Source of the DNA: Enoplolaimus lenunculus
Lineage: Eukaryota
NCBI GenBank assembly: GCA_030248215.1
Contig: JASANG010003338.1
Span: forward strand, 124,001 to 188,000
Direction of reading: 5' to 3'
DNA length: 64,000 bases
Under the pieces are notes generated by a model. The model was not told the DNA's origin. It searched no databases and was given only the letters and a program-made list of their open reading frames with translations. Shown piece by piece: positions 15,001 through 28,626 of the stretch; position 1 is the first letter of the stretch, and every line of letters starts with the position of its first letter. A program made the position numbers and the translations under genes.

Positions 15001-18000
15001 TTCCCAACACGTTCGTTCTATAGTTGTTATGTTGTGCGTGGTTTTGAGTTATCTAGTGTTAGTTTGTTATTGACTTAAAGATCACGACGAATAAATCAGA
15101 ACATATTATTTTAATTAAGCTAACAATCAGTGGTATTAACTCACTACATCAGAGTAATTGGTGTCAACAAGATTAGCAGTTTCTGAACATGTCGTTTCTA
15201 ATAATTTTGGAGTATATTTTAGTGGATTACGCCTGGGATGATCCAAGACTGCATCCAATTATAACGTTAACTGTTCTTGGTGGTCATCCAAACGACTATG
15301 ATTTGTCAGTGCTAGGACCAAAAGAACCACTGACATACGAAAATTATTTTTATATATTGTTTCCGGCTACAAATATTGCCAGGTACAATTTAAATTTTGT
15401 AATATTAAGCCGCCAGTCACACTTGCATGTGTTTGCAGCGAGAACAAACATCTGCAATCTTCAAGTTATTTTTTAATTAAAAACTTGCAGCTTCTACTTC
15501 CACATGCAAGTTTTTTGCAGTATTTAACAGTTTATAGTTTACAATTCCCGTAGTTCAATAATTCTGGATAGATTGACCTAAGAATGTAACGTGTTCAAGC
15601 CATCGAGTTACTGCTAATCGTCAGTAGTGTTGGTAAGCAGTGTGCAGTTACGCTGCAGGCAAATATATAAGCAAACAAAATGTAAATCTTTTTACATTTA
15701 TTCCATGCTACACTTCAATGTTTTATGTTATTCCGTGTGCACTTTTAGTTAAAGCATTACATTTTAATTAAAATTTTGTATCGTAGTAATTAACGAGATG
15801 TTAGTTTTTTAGCTCTGATAGACCAACGTGTGATTCTGATTTAGTACTCGATGCGCTTCCGAAAGGCAAAGTGATTTTAGCCAAAAGGGTAATATTTATA
15901 TTTTTATTTTATCAGTAGAACATAATATTTTAGGTCTTGTTGAAGGATAGTGGATTTAACTAGACTGTAATTTTTCATGTCGATAAAGCTTACGATATTG
16001 ATTTCCGTCAGAGACGTTTCAATGTGTCTGGAGCAAGCCTGTTTAAATGCGAGAATGGGGCTAGAGGATGCAAGCAATCATTCATAGCATTGGGTACAAG
16101 AAAATAACGTAGTGTATTCAAAAAGATATTTACCCTTGTGTTGGGCTATGTTATATAAAGCAGTGTTCATTTCTGTCTCTAAAACCGGTGCAATATTAGA
16201 TGCTGCAAGTTTCAGGAACTGAACAAACTATCGCAACTTTGGTGTATGGGACCAACAGGAACGCTAGAGAATGTAAAGTATTCAAAAAGAGAACACCCTT
16301 TGGTTTTGGATTGTGTTTCCAGTCACATCGACCCTCGAAATGTTACAGCCGAACCACTGATGTTACGACGACGTGACGAGTATCGGGATATGACTCAGAT
16401 TTGGTTTTTTTCGGTATTACTTTTGGGTTCGGTCATGAGGTCTAATAATGGTCGCCAACGTGGGCTTTTTAGTAGTACATTATGTTGTTGGTTTGCGTAA
16501 ATTTGGCGTTGCTTTGGAATATAACTGAATCGAAGTGTTCTGTAAATCTAAAATTGCTCGAAATTTATATAGGTTTTTATATTATGAGTTTTAGTCGAAG
16601 TGTACAGTCACGGACAATTGAAAATTTAGTGCTAGGTTCATAACTACCGCTGCTGTCAGGTCTATGGTCGCAGTAACCGTAGCGATTGAAATCGCGTTTG
16701 CAAACTGCTGCGTTTCAGAAACGAACTATCGCGATGAGAATAGCGTTTCGGAGCGCAATCGCGATGGCATTTAGTACAATATCCAAACTTGGTTGATTGT
16801 TAGCCTGCAGAAACTTTCTAAAGATATGAATGTTATATTGGGCCCTTGTACGTATTTCACGTACAATTTTTGAAATTTTCATATTTTGGATTAGTATAGG
16901 ATCAGGATTTCGTTAGTCTCAGACTTAAGATTGAACTTGCATACGGAGCGTCCAAGTGCCAAACAATATAACCTTCATTGTAGGGGAACCGGTTGCGCTG
17001 CAAGCTGGATAATCTTTACGTTCATCCAGTATACGAAGTGGAAACTGGAGGTCTCCGCGCGGGCAACGGCATTGTTCTTTCGCCTGTTGATACAAGCAAA
17101 GTGGGTGCTTCCTCAGGTAAAGTGTAATTTTATGGGTTGTTTTATACTTTGTAAGACATATATTTCTTCAACATTATATTGTCCCTTCAGTAACATGAGA
17201 ATATTTGACTCACATCTTGAGTGCTTGAAACTGGAACCAGACGTCATACAAGTTCTAGTTTCTGGTATACAGTGCGCACAGAACAATTAATTTAAGCACC
17301 TTCACAAACGCAATATATAATCAGACAACGTGCACGACCTGGATCCGGAGTTCTCAATGTACTAGTCAAGAATCAAGGTCCTGTTCGCCTACTACTCATA
17401 GAAGATAAACAACATGAGGTAATAGTTAATATTGCGCTGTTTTTATTAATTTTTAATTCTACAAAGCGTAGTAAAAAATTTGACGCATTAATATTAAAAC
17501 ATTACTACATATATTGAAATATTGTTCTTTGTAACTTTTCTGTGCTATCTATGTAATAGCGTATTAATTGTTTAGCGGAGCGCTATTATATGTTTGCATT
17601 ATTTAACCTTTAAATATAATTGTATACATTGACCTTGAGAACATTTTGTTTAGCCAAGGTTTAGTGATATAGAATTCTAATAATATGTTTAGGAATATGT
17701 TGAATCTATCGGTTGCGAACACCATTCATCGGCAGCTGATCAGCTAACTACGCAAGTTAGTTTTGTAACATGTTATTTTGTTCATTAACGTTTTTAAGTC
17801 GAGTGCTGGGCCGAAAGTAAACATTGGAATTCTGTTTACGCTGCGCAGAAGACGTAAGCAAGCCCTTTTGTAACAGTTCAATGAGTCTTTTTGCACGTGG
17901 TAGCACCCAGCAGTTATGTTTTTTCAGATGTTTTTCCCTTGTTCAAAAAATAGTATCTAGTACCAAGTACTGGAGATCTATTAACATGCACTTTTCGGCA

Positions 18001-21000
18001 TGCCAGGTGAGTGTGAAATAAGCAGTTCTAGAGATGGCTGCGGTTTCAGGTTAATCTGTCTCTCACGTTAAACGACGGCATTGGGTTGTCTGTGATTTCA
18101 AGCTTACCGGAAGAAATTGTCTATCTAAAGTTGTCGGGATTGCTGTGCATCTATAATTATCACCGTGCAGTTCATTCGGTCAACTGTCGGATTTTGCAAG
18201 TCCAGGTATCAAACGTTCCAGAATATCTTTATAAAATTTCAACACACTAGGCTTTAGCTCCGGATTGCGGCACTGTTGTCGTTTGTTTTAACATGATCGA
18301 GCGTAAATACAATTTCGCATCTACGCTCATATTAGTTTAGAAAAAGAAATTGTTTGCAATTAAATTAAAGTTTACATACGTTGACATTCACTTCATTTGG
18401 AATGGCTCGTATAACAACGCTTTTATAAATTAATGTATGATTGCCATTTTCAAAAAACAATGATTTATATTTTTCACTCTTGATTAAATATGCAGTGTAT
18501 GTTTTTTGGATATTCATAATTATGTTCGTTGTTCTAAAATCAATTTTCTTTGTAGATGGACAACCAGTTGTTGAACGCTTTACGTTGGCCGTGTCTGTTT
18601 ATTCCTCCAAAAGAAATCGACGGTGCAACGATCGAGCCAGCACTTGACATTTCAATTGTAGGCAAACAGGAATCGAACTATGATGCGGTGCAGGTGAACT
18701 TGCGCAAACTTTAGCTTTAGGAGTTGAACTGAACTATTTCATAACTTTCAAGTGTTATGTACAAACTAGGAACTAGCTGAGGGTGTAACGTAAATAGCTT
18801 AAATAGGGTATCGTTTTGCTGCAGTAGAGAGCGTTGTTGGCTAACACAGTACACCAAATCATTGTAAACCTTCTATAGCATCAATATGTGTTGGTTTGGC
18901 AAAATGTAGATTAAGATCTAAAAAATTTCAAAGACTATATACTTAGTGACATTGGTATTTTAAACCAATAATCAATTTTTTGCTTAGTGAATCAAGTGTA
19001 TTTAGCAACAGATGCATAATATTCAGGAAGGAGCTTCATTATTTTAGGTTGTGAAAGTCGAAATTGGAAAAGTTGTGCTACAAGTCGATGAAATTATGCT
19101 GTGGAAGCTGTTGAAGTTTTGGGAGAGTGAACCGCCAGACGTGTCTCAGTTGACACCGTTTGTAGATCTCGATCGGTAAACAACATAATACTAAGTTGTT
19201 TGGTTTAAAGTTAAGTTAGATGGTTGGATGGAAACAAGTTCAAAGATAAATTTGGGTTACATTTTAGTAGGTTTAGTTTTAAAAATTGACTAACACAAGT
19301 TTTGCATTCTGCCGGTAGTCACGAAGTGAAAACGTTAGTGGGATAATTACACTGGCTTAGGGTTTTGCAGCGAAGTCTATTTTGTTTACTAATATGTCCG
19401 CACTATAATTTTTATTTCATTTTGTGAAGCTGAGTATATATATCTCATGTTAGAATTGCGCTTAATATCCACTTGCTTATGTACCATAATAATATTGTCC
19501 AAATAAGCCAATATTGTGATGTTAGTTTGCACAAATATTAGAATGTAGTTTTCATCCGCTGTGATTATGGAGTTTAAATTAGTTTAATACCATGAAAGCC
19601 GAGCATTTTCCATCGCACAGATACTGTTATATTCTTGTACAATCGCAGCTTAACTTGTTGTAAAGAGAATTTTTAATACTTTGCACCATGTGAGCTGTAT
19701 TATCGCACGTAATAATATTATGAGAATGTTTTTGTTTCAGCCCGCATACGGTCGAAGCACATCGCTGCTATTTAGGCTCAATGAGGCTGTCATGTCGAAA
19801 GCTTTACCTCTCTGTGATTACTTCACCTATTTTACCGGCTGAGCTCAAACCTTACCGAGTACGTTTCGTGTTAATTATTCCTATGATGAATATTTCGAAA
19901 GAACTTTAAATGTATTAGTTAACGACTCAAGAGATAAACTTTGCACTTTAACCTTATTGGTCACGTTGAACAAATTTATAAATTAAAATTCTAGGCTGCC
20001 TATAACATGCGGTTGGTTCGCTTTGAAAATGCTCCTGTCGAACTATCACCATTTGAATATGCTCAGTATTTTGGAACTGTCAAAATTTTACTGGATGGAA
20101 TCAAAGTTCACTTCACAAGTAAGCAGTTTAGTTGTAAGAATTTCATGCCCTGTTTTAAAACCCAGCAATAGGTGTGCACAAGTTGAATTGTTACGCTTAT
20201 CGCGAAATGTACTATTTGGATCAAAATTTTAGTTGCTGACAGGGCCGGGGCCAAAAGGGCCACCCACCCTAACCAGTTGAAACAAAAACCGCCGAAGTTT
20301 TAAAATGCGTCTGGCTTCTTGCTCGATTCGCTCGCGAGTTTGAGGGGAGCCCTCACCCCTGTCTGCTAAGACACTGGTTGCTGAACCATATCTGCATATT
20401 CTGTGGTTAAGTAATATAGTTGAATCCAGTAAGAGGTTCAGATTTAAAGTTGAAACAAACTTCTCGACTGAAATTAAAAAAGTTGTGGACCATTGTGATG
20501 TATTTTCGGTGCAAACAAATTTGAGTAGTATTTGGAACCGTGGGATTATAAGTTTTTTCATTATATATTTGTGATTATATTGTTAAATTTCTTCTATTTT
20601 AGATCAGTTGTTAAGCCAAGCTTATAAAATTCTTGGAACCGTAGATTTTTTGGGCAATCCATTGGGTTTATTCAACGATGTAACCGGTGGTTTCTCGGAA
20701 TTGTTAACTGAAGGCAGCGTTGGTGGTTTTGTTGCTGGTCTTGCACATGGTGTCTCAAACTCAGCAGCAAAGGTTCGTCTCAATAGTTACCTGTTCATAA
20801 CGGAGTATTTGTTTCGAAAAGAATTGAATATAACTTCTTTTTGTATATTGACCTCTCCGCGGCAAAGCAAGGTGGAACCGAGTCCACGATTAGACCGAAT
20901 CCGAATTCATTGAAATTTTGGAGAATCCGAATCCGAATCTAAACCTTGCATTTTACAAATTTCCGATACATCGATAATTTGTTTCCGAATACCAAATTAA

Positions 21001-24000
21001 TAAAATTCGATTATTTGTTGCAACCCTGTGGCCAAGCGTGCATAATAAATTGTATGAATTTTCCTGTCCTACAGTCACGGACAAAGTTATGAGTGCAGTA
21101 ATCGCCACCGTTTCTTTAGTTGCGGTTGCTTAATCGCGTCTGAATTTTCATTGCTCGCTAACAGCCGTGTGTGCAGACGAAATCGCATTCGCGTCTCAAA
21201 CCGCGATTGTCACTGCCTATGTATCGCTGCTGTAGTCTCTGTTATGGCCGCAGTAACCGAAAGCAGATCAAATAGCGTTTGCGAACGATTGTCTCCGAGA
21301 AGCGAGCGATCGCGATCAATCAGATCAGCTTGTTGGAACGCGATCGTGAATGGTCTTTTTATGTTTGGCTGCTCGATTATTCATAACACCAAAACTTTTT
21401 CGAAATAATTTAAGTTTGATAACTGTATGAACCGTGATAAACTTAATTTAGGTACATTTTATTTTTAGTTTACTAACTCGCTGTCTGAAGGAGTTGGAAG
21501 AATAACAATGGATGAGCGTCATCAGGAATTACGAGAAAGCATGAGGCATGGTTAGTAATTTTCTTAAACTAAATGGACTGCAAACGCAAACTATATGACT
21601 TTCTTTGGCAATTTTAAAGGCAAAATATAAAGATTGAAATCTTGTTTACTTCTCTCTCTCCGAATTTTACTTTTCCCAGCTGCTTTTTCCTAGTAGTGCA
21701 GGAGGATTGCGTGCTATACAGCCAGTAGCCTGAGGAAACATTGCATTGTTGACGATGAAAAAGCTTATACGCTTTTTAGGTGCTGCGTCTGGAAATGCCT
21801 TGGGACATTTGGTCACCGGAGTGAAAGGTTTCGGTATTGGAATTTTGGGTGGAACCACATCGATCGTTCAACAGACGTATGATGGAGCAGCGAAAGAAGG
21901 TTTTGGGGTAGGTAGTTCAAGTGTTGATATTTTACCGAACGCTAGCCCGATTATTTCACACAGAAGCATGATTTTACATGTTTGTGTTGGTTTGTTTTCC
22001 CTTTGTATGTACACTGTTGTATGAAATACAAAGTTTTTAAACAAAAACACCTTGTTGTAGTGTAGCAGGTTTGATCAGATCAGTTGTTGTTGTTTTTTGT
22101 TGCTATATTTAAACGTTAGACCAACTTTTTTTCAATAGAGAATCGATTTTGATAGAAAGGACATGAATAGAGGTTTAATCTTGTAACATGACGTCAACGC
22201 TGTAAGTAGTGAGCTTGTCGTTTACTTTTTAAAACTGCGTAGAACTATTTAAGGGGATGTTTATCGGCTTTGGAAAAGGAGTTGTGGGGACAGTTACAAA
22301 ACCCGTTCAGGGACTATTGGACTTAACTGCGGGTATAGCAACAGCAACCAAAGAAGTTGTCGCAAGCGCTGGGCCAACTCAGTCTCGATTTCCAATCAGT
22401 ATGTTTATTGTTTTGTGGAAGGCTAACTGATCAAAAGATTTTGGCTTTCAAAGGTTATGTTTTGTATTCAATTATTAGTGTCGAATGCTTTCTGAATGGG
22501 ACTAAACATCACTAGAATATTAAGCCAAGCTCAATTAATAAAAGACAATGTTGAATCAATGTCATATTTGGTCTGGAAATAATTCTACTAAACACTATTT
22601 TAATTCAACATGGTGTATAACTAGAATCTATGTTGTATTTTTTGTGAAATACAAAGTTTGCGTTACCATAATTTCTAGCGAGAACTAGATGGCCTCGTGT
22701 TCCAGTGAACTTGTATGGAATTTTACCGTGCTATGTTGCTACAATCGCTGAAGCGCAGCAACTTTTGTTGAAAATTAACAATATGAACACTGGCGAATTG
22801 TGAGTTTTGTTTTGTATGTTATAAAAATAATAGTTAGAATGTTTTTGAATGAAACTATAAAGTTTACGACAGTAGTGAGTTCAAGGTGACTATGAGACAC
22901 GTAAAAAGTTATATTTCCAGGATCGTAAACTTATCAAAGTTCATATTCGTTTCAATGCAGTACAATGAAATGTGTAAAAATAAACGAATTCAGTTCAACT
23001 ATTAAAAGAAGTATGCTTAAATTCCGCACGATGTGCGAAGATTTTACCTTTCACGATAAGTGGCCTGTTACAGATGCCTCGCTGTTTTGTCCATTAATGA
23101 GCCGTCTACTGCAATAACGGCGTCGTCAAGTTGTGAAAGCTCAAAGTTTTCTGGTAAAGCGCTGGAATCTAGTCGACAATCGCATGGGAGCGGAATGATG
23201 CATGGCAATCAGCAGTTTAAAACAAGACATCATCCAGACTCACCAGACAGTTGCCGTGGGTTTGATCGAAGCCCTGTCGATTATTCCTCAGGTTCGGAAA
23301 CACCGCCGGAGACTCCTGAATCTGGGGAAAACACAGGTGCGAATAACAATATACCAAGGTTATGTCGCTGCTAATGGATAGCTCAGAACCGTAATTGTCA
23401 CCTAATGTAATAAAATGTCGCTTTTAATGTAATTAGATTCTCTGAAGGTGGGTAACTAGTTTTGCTTAATTTCTTTTAGGTCATCGGCAACTAAAACTAA
23501 ACAATTCTTTATAAAACTAATTTAACCAGTGAAATACAGATTACTATAATAGTGCCTTGCACCGTTATTAGAGAAAGTATTGCCATCCATGGAGACATAC
23601 AAGAAATAAAAACGCATACCAATAGTCTACATTTCTGAACTAATTGAAATTTAGCAGTCATTGTTTATCGCCTGTCGCCTCTCAAATTCTCATTCCACTA
23701 AACGAAAATATTTTATTCATTAAAAATCGCATATAACTCAATATAAATTCAAATAGAAATTTTGTCAATTCCATATTATGGCATTTAAAATTTATCAACA
23801 TTCCTCCATGTTAAATAAAATTAAAATTATATTTTCAGTTTATGAACAATGCTCAAGCAATTAATTCAATTCCACACACGATAACATAAATATTATTGTC
23901 GTTAGTGAAATTGAGTTTAAAATATCAAATTTTATTTTTTCTGTATAATAAATTCTTATTTCTGTAAGAGTGCATTCTAGTAGCAACATAAAATGAAATA

Positions 24001-26934
24001 TTAAAAATCAGAATGCTGTGGAACGAAATTTGGATATCGCACAGGGCAAACAATAATCAATGTGAACGATGTATAAACACGAAGAAATACCGTATCTTTT
24101 AGTGTATTTTTGCACATTGCTCAGTGTATTTTAAACCAATATGGTTTAGTGCTACTTACGCAAAATATGAAATCGCTTTGGCCCAATAGTAATAAATTAG
24201 AGCATGATGCCAGGTTCATCAAATAATCAAATACCGTTTAAGTATTTTGGACATACTGTCACATTTTCGTTTATGCCAAAAGACAGTAATGTCGTACGGG
24301 CACCAATTTAGTTGAAATATTGTTTTGTATCCTATTTCACATTACTTAGTAGTGAGTTTTATTTTAAGCCAAGACCGTGGGCTTATTATTTACTGGCCGT
24401 AGACCTTGTTTAATGATTAACCGTAAAAGTAAACAACAAACTTGCAGTTCATGTGGTGAATTCGTGTTTTACATTTTGTTTTCAAATATCCAGGAAGCCT
24501 GCCAAGCAATACTCCTGAAACGTCATCAGCAACAACACACCACGTACTTGCATTCATAACAACAGACAATGTGTATTTTCTGCGGCAAACAAAGCGAGGC
24601 GACCAGCGTGTGTTGCTGACAGTACATTATGGATCACTTGCATCGTGTACATTTCGCGTGGATACAACAATATCTGGTTTACAGACAGGACACCAGTACT
24701 GGGTGGTTGGTATGTTATTCAACTTTATGTTTGTTTTGCATAGTTTCTGCTACTTTGTTTATTTGTATTTTGCATAAAATAAAACATTTCTGCACAAAAT
24801 AAGACATTTTTGCGCAAGTATTACGCAGTCACCGTATGCATCATTCACATTAAAGAATGTGGCAGTGTGGAAAGTGATGTTTTTTCAATTAAAATTTTAG
24901 CGTTTATTGGAATTGAACATTATTTAATTTCGTTAAATTCAATAGAATGAAGATTTTAAAACGAAATTAAAGTTCAATTCCAATACACACCCATTGGTGA
25001 AGCGCACTGCTACTGAACTCGGCTGTGTTAACTTAGCACGAGTACAAGAATTGGTCATGAACAAAATCGTTAAAATTCTACTGTAAGATAAATTATAAAT
25101 TAATTTACTCAAGTATATTGAAATAGTTACGCTTTAAAAAATGCATAAATTATAGAGAGTTTTATGTGCGATTTCAGAAAACTTCCATAACTTCAGAAAC
25201 CTTCCATAATATGCTATTAATAATATACTATCTGTGTATAGGCCACCCAATTTGCTCTTCAACACCTATTATTTAACCCATTTATACTTTAACCACTACA
25301 ATTGGATTCGTAGCCTACGCCTAAACATCAAAATTTTGTAGCTTGCGTCCGCCCGTCAGAAATTCCTACGCGAAAACTATATAACCATCGTTTTTACTAT
25401 CAAATTTCGCCTCACCTCCGGCTCCAGCAAGTTTCGTTGACCTCCGGCTCCGACTCTGTAATTTTTTGCCTCAAGGTTGCACAATAATATTATAATGTAA
25501 ATAGCATCCCTCCGACTGAAATTTCTGCGTACCAATAAACGCAATTGACTAAAAACAACACCGTATTGAACTTTATAATTTATTTCCGGTATTTTTTTCC
25601 GGTATTTTGTGCCGTACAATTTCTGTTCCGTCAGTGTTAAATTTTTATATCATGTACGGGCCCGTGAATTGACCACGACCTACGTTTCTCTTAATTGTAA
25701 TTTTAGACAAATACGACTCTTTAAAACGTAAAATTTTGAACTGATGAAAGTAACGGATTTACAGAGACGCATTTATGTCTTTAAACCATTTCAAAATTAT
25801 GTGATAGTTGTCTATTTTAAACCGACCGTGTTCAATGTGTGTCATTTGATATGAATGAGCTTTCTAAAATTGCAGCATGTAATTTAAACTAAAAATCTTT
25901 AAACAAGATTTTATATAATTATAATTTCCACGTCGTCTTCACTTAAACCGTTTACGTGTTCATGATTTCTCGAACACGTCTGGTATAATTGTTGCGTGTC
26001 CTGGAGTCGTGTTGTAGTAAACTTGAACTTTGTACCATCATTAATATTTTGCAAAATCGTAAAATGCGCTGTTACAAACTACGTTAGTTTACGTAGTCCA
26101 CGACTATTAGGATTGGTCTATGGTTTAGCTTGTGTGTATTGGAATTGTGTAAAATTTCGAAATGAACGGTTTGGAATGGGTACCAGTTTTCTCCATACAG
26201 CCACAGTCTTTATTGTGGCTGATGCATTATTTCCTTGAATCTAGTTCATTATATGTATTTTGTGTCCGAGTTCTCTCATTTACGGGTAGAAAAAGCTTTT
26301 GGTTTTTTAGAAATGCAGGTAAGATCAGGTGGTCGACGAACCAGTTCTGCCAAAGTTCATCCGTCCGTAATAAAATGTGCAAGCAAAGAAAATGCGGAAA
26401 AGGTAAGTATTTGAGGTAGTAAATGCAGTAAGCTGCGATGGAAATTTAAATGCGTACACAGTATGAGTCAGCTGATGCTATGTATATGCTTTCACTCAGT
26501 TTGCGACCAAATATCCGGTTCAACCGCAAAATACCACATGGCTCCGATTGCGAAATTCTAAGTTGCCGGATATTTTTATCGCTGGAAAAGTATAACATCA
26601 CTTTGAATTATAATATTTATGACCAAATTCAGAATGTTTCACAATATTTCAGAAATTGGTTAATACTAATACCCTTGTAGGAACAAAATTAACGAATTAG
26701 CATGCTCCAGTATCTTTGGGCTATTCAGTCATTCCCTGGTTTCTGTAACTTAGAACTTCTCGCAGCATCAAGTTATATTCTGTTTTTATTATACGGTAAT
26801 ATTGTTGTGGTTTAGATTGTTTAACTGTGCATTGCAACTTCTAGCTTTCGGAAACAATTAGGGCTGCGAAATCCCGGTATGATGATGCAAAGAGAAGTTT
26901 ATTTGCTGCAGAAGATTTCGGTGTTTACGCGTAA
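36..26934 (+). CDS. VPS13D: Vacuolar protein sorting 13D (bridge-like lipid transfer protein), 3' portion, spliced; 5' exons lie upstream of the window
   Basis: GT-AG exons (approx.): 36-285, 939-1024, 1279-1420, 1678-1913, 2403-2519, 3025-3312, 4430-4618, 6187-6343, 6541-6649, 7083-7287, 7625-7756, 8216-8372, 8554-8803, 9200-9386, 9631-9813, 11813-11878, 12152-12252, 12588-12722, 13362-13500, 14035-14198, 14794-14866, 15223-15382, 15813-15888, 16216-16413, 16984-17116, 17297-17418, 17693-17755, 18050-18205, 18556-18693, 19048-19174, 19741-19858, 19995-20118, 20603-20772, 21469-21550, 21780-21907, 22254-22398, 22679-22799, 23074-23336, 24494-24709, 26311-26402, 26845-26934 (TAA). Translations match recalled VPS13D motifs in order: DYYNRNLSVWEPLLEPW, RFCVSIKKELYP..PGHTITLLP, AAGQFEEHETARS, WHWPRQDRDLLLC, DYAWDDP, RPGSGVL, ILGTVDFLGNPLGLFNDV, GKGVVGTVTKPV. 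All junctions are phase-consistent except 14198/14794. Confidence 0.95.
20236..20376. repeat. Short dispersed repeat with an inverted homologue at ~39936-40103
   Basis: AACCAGTTGAAACAAAAACCGCCGAAGTTTT..CTCGCGAGTTT matches the reverse complement of ~39990-40063; related CTCGCGAGCGAAGC motif at ~46025. Confidence 0.6.
21071..21350. repeat. Dispersed CGCGAT/ATCGCG-rich repeat family (also ~11640-11780 and ~16604-16770)
   Basis: Shared TACAGTCACGGACAA start (16604, 21071) and shared ATCGCGTCTCAAACCGCG-like and CGCAGTAACCG blocks. Confidence 0.55.
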
Positions 26935-28351
26935 AATAAGTATATTTATGTAAATTTTGTATTTAACTTATTAAAATGTATTATATTGTATTTGATATAG
27001 TTTATTACAGCTGTTGCTGACTCTGGCCATAAAAATTAAAGCGTTTATAGTATGATATAAGTATATGTTTCCAATTTGCTCATTATTTCCAGTACATGCA
27101 ATTAAGTTAGGTGTTTGAATAAACAGACTTAAATTGGCCACAATATATTATTATTATTACACGCTCAGTATTCTACTTGATTTGTGGTTTTAATTACTTG
27201 GATTGATTATGTCTTTCTACTATATCTATTTTTTGGGTTCATATAGAAGAATGCTACAGATATAATATAATGGTATTTCCTCGTATTTACAAGCGCAAGC
27301 ATAAGTTGCAGCGTCATTAATATGCAATGTGAAGATAGTTCAGTTTCTATGCGGTATTAAACATTACAATTACATGGCTAGGACGTAATATGAATTTTCT
27401 CTGTTATTTTCCGACTGCTAAAAACCGCTCGTTATGCTGGTAACACGTTACTGTTGGTGCATCGAGCACATACAACATATCTATCTTGTTTTGAACAGCC
27501 CGATGCTCGAGTTATGGACAAAGCGCTAAATGTCTGGTGCTTTTCTAGCTATCTGCGGTCATTTGACAGTTTTACCGAACTCTGTGCGGACGTATAGAGT
27601 TTATTGGAACAGAAATTGTTTTGTTCATGCCCGGTTCTGCAGTTTGTACTGAAAAAACCGTTTGTGTAAAGGTTACTGAATGTTTGGAGAAAACTATGTT
27701 TATGTCCAAGGGATAAAGAAATAGGGGGCGGACGTTTTTTGCGATAATCGAAAATGTCCACATAGAGATTAGATATAACTATAAGAGGCCAAAAATAAAC
27801 TCTATGGAGGCTGTTCGTAGTGCCAGGTGTACGAACAATAACGTATGAGTGAAGTTATATTATTAAATAGCATCTTTGGTAATTGTAAGTTACTCGCGAG
27901 CGTTGCGAAGCCATTCAGAGCACTTTGGTATTTCAGAGCACTTTGGTATTCAATGCAATCATTACTTGGGTTTCTTGTATATATAACCAATTGCTAACAG
28001 GTATGGCACAAAACGTGGCCTGAGCTGCTCTAGTATTTTATTAATTTTTGTGTATATAATTTAAATGGTCAATGTTGCTTTAAGGCCCTAATTGAAGATT
28101 AACCATATTCTTAACTCTAACCCATACCTAGGCGTCGAAAAAGTGTAAAGCTAAGCCTAAGCCTAAAGCGTAAGCAAAAACTATGGTCTAAAATATAAAC
28201 CTGCTTTTTGCAGTGCCACAAAAACAGACGGGGCTAAAAGTAATGGGCCGTTTACACTATAAACTGAATTGTATATATATTTAAGGTTTATTGTTTGGAC
28301 AGTAAATTTATTTTATTTTGTTACATACCTACATCTTGAAGAGAGCATAGC

Positions 28352-28626
28352 TTAACCCTTTCTCACATGAATATTTTCTATTTCCCCTGAGACCTACTTT
28401 TATGCTAGGATTCGAACTCCAGTGACTGGAGTGGGAGGCGTATACCATCACCACGCAGCTATAGGAGCTTGACGCTCGAGCACGAGGGGGATCTCATGTC
28501 TTGTGGTGATTTAGCACTACGTATATATACGTGTTGCAATTGTTAACCACGGTGCGATATATACTAACTAACGTATATACCTTGCGCTGAGTTGCCTATA
28601 GGCAACTCAATGTGAGAAGGGGTTAA
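28352..28626. mobile_element. piggyBac-type (TTAA) MITE with internal tRNA-Gly-derived Pol III promoter, copy 1
   Basis: TTAA-CCCTTTCTCACAT ... ATGTGAGAAGGGG-TTAA termini; perfect palindrome TGAGTTGCCTATAGGCAACTCA at 28588-28609; A/B boxes on the - strand; similar copies at 35398 and 38084. Confidence 0.85.
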
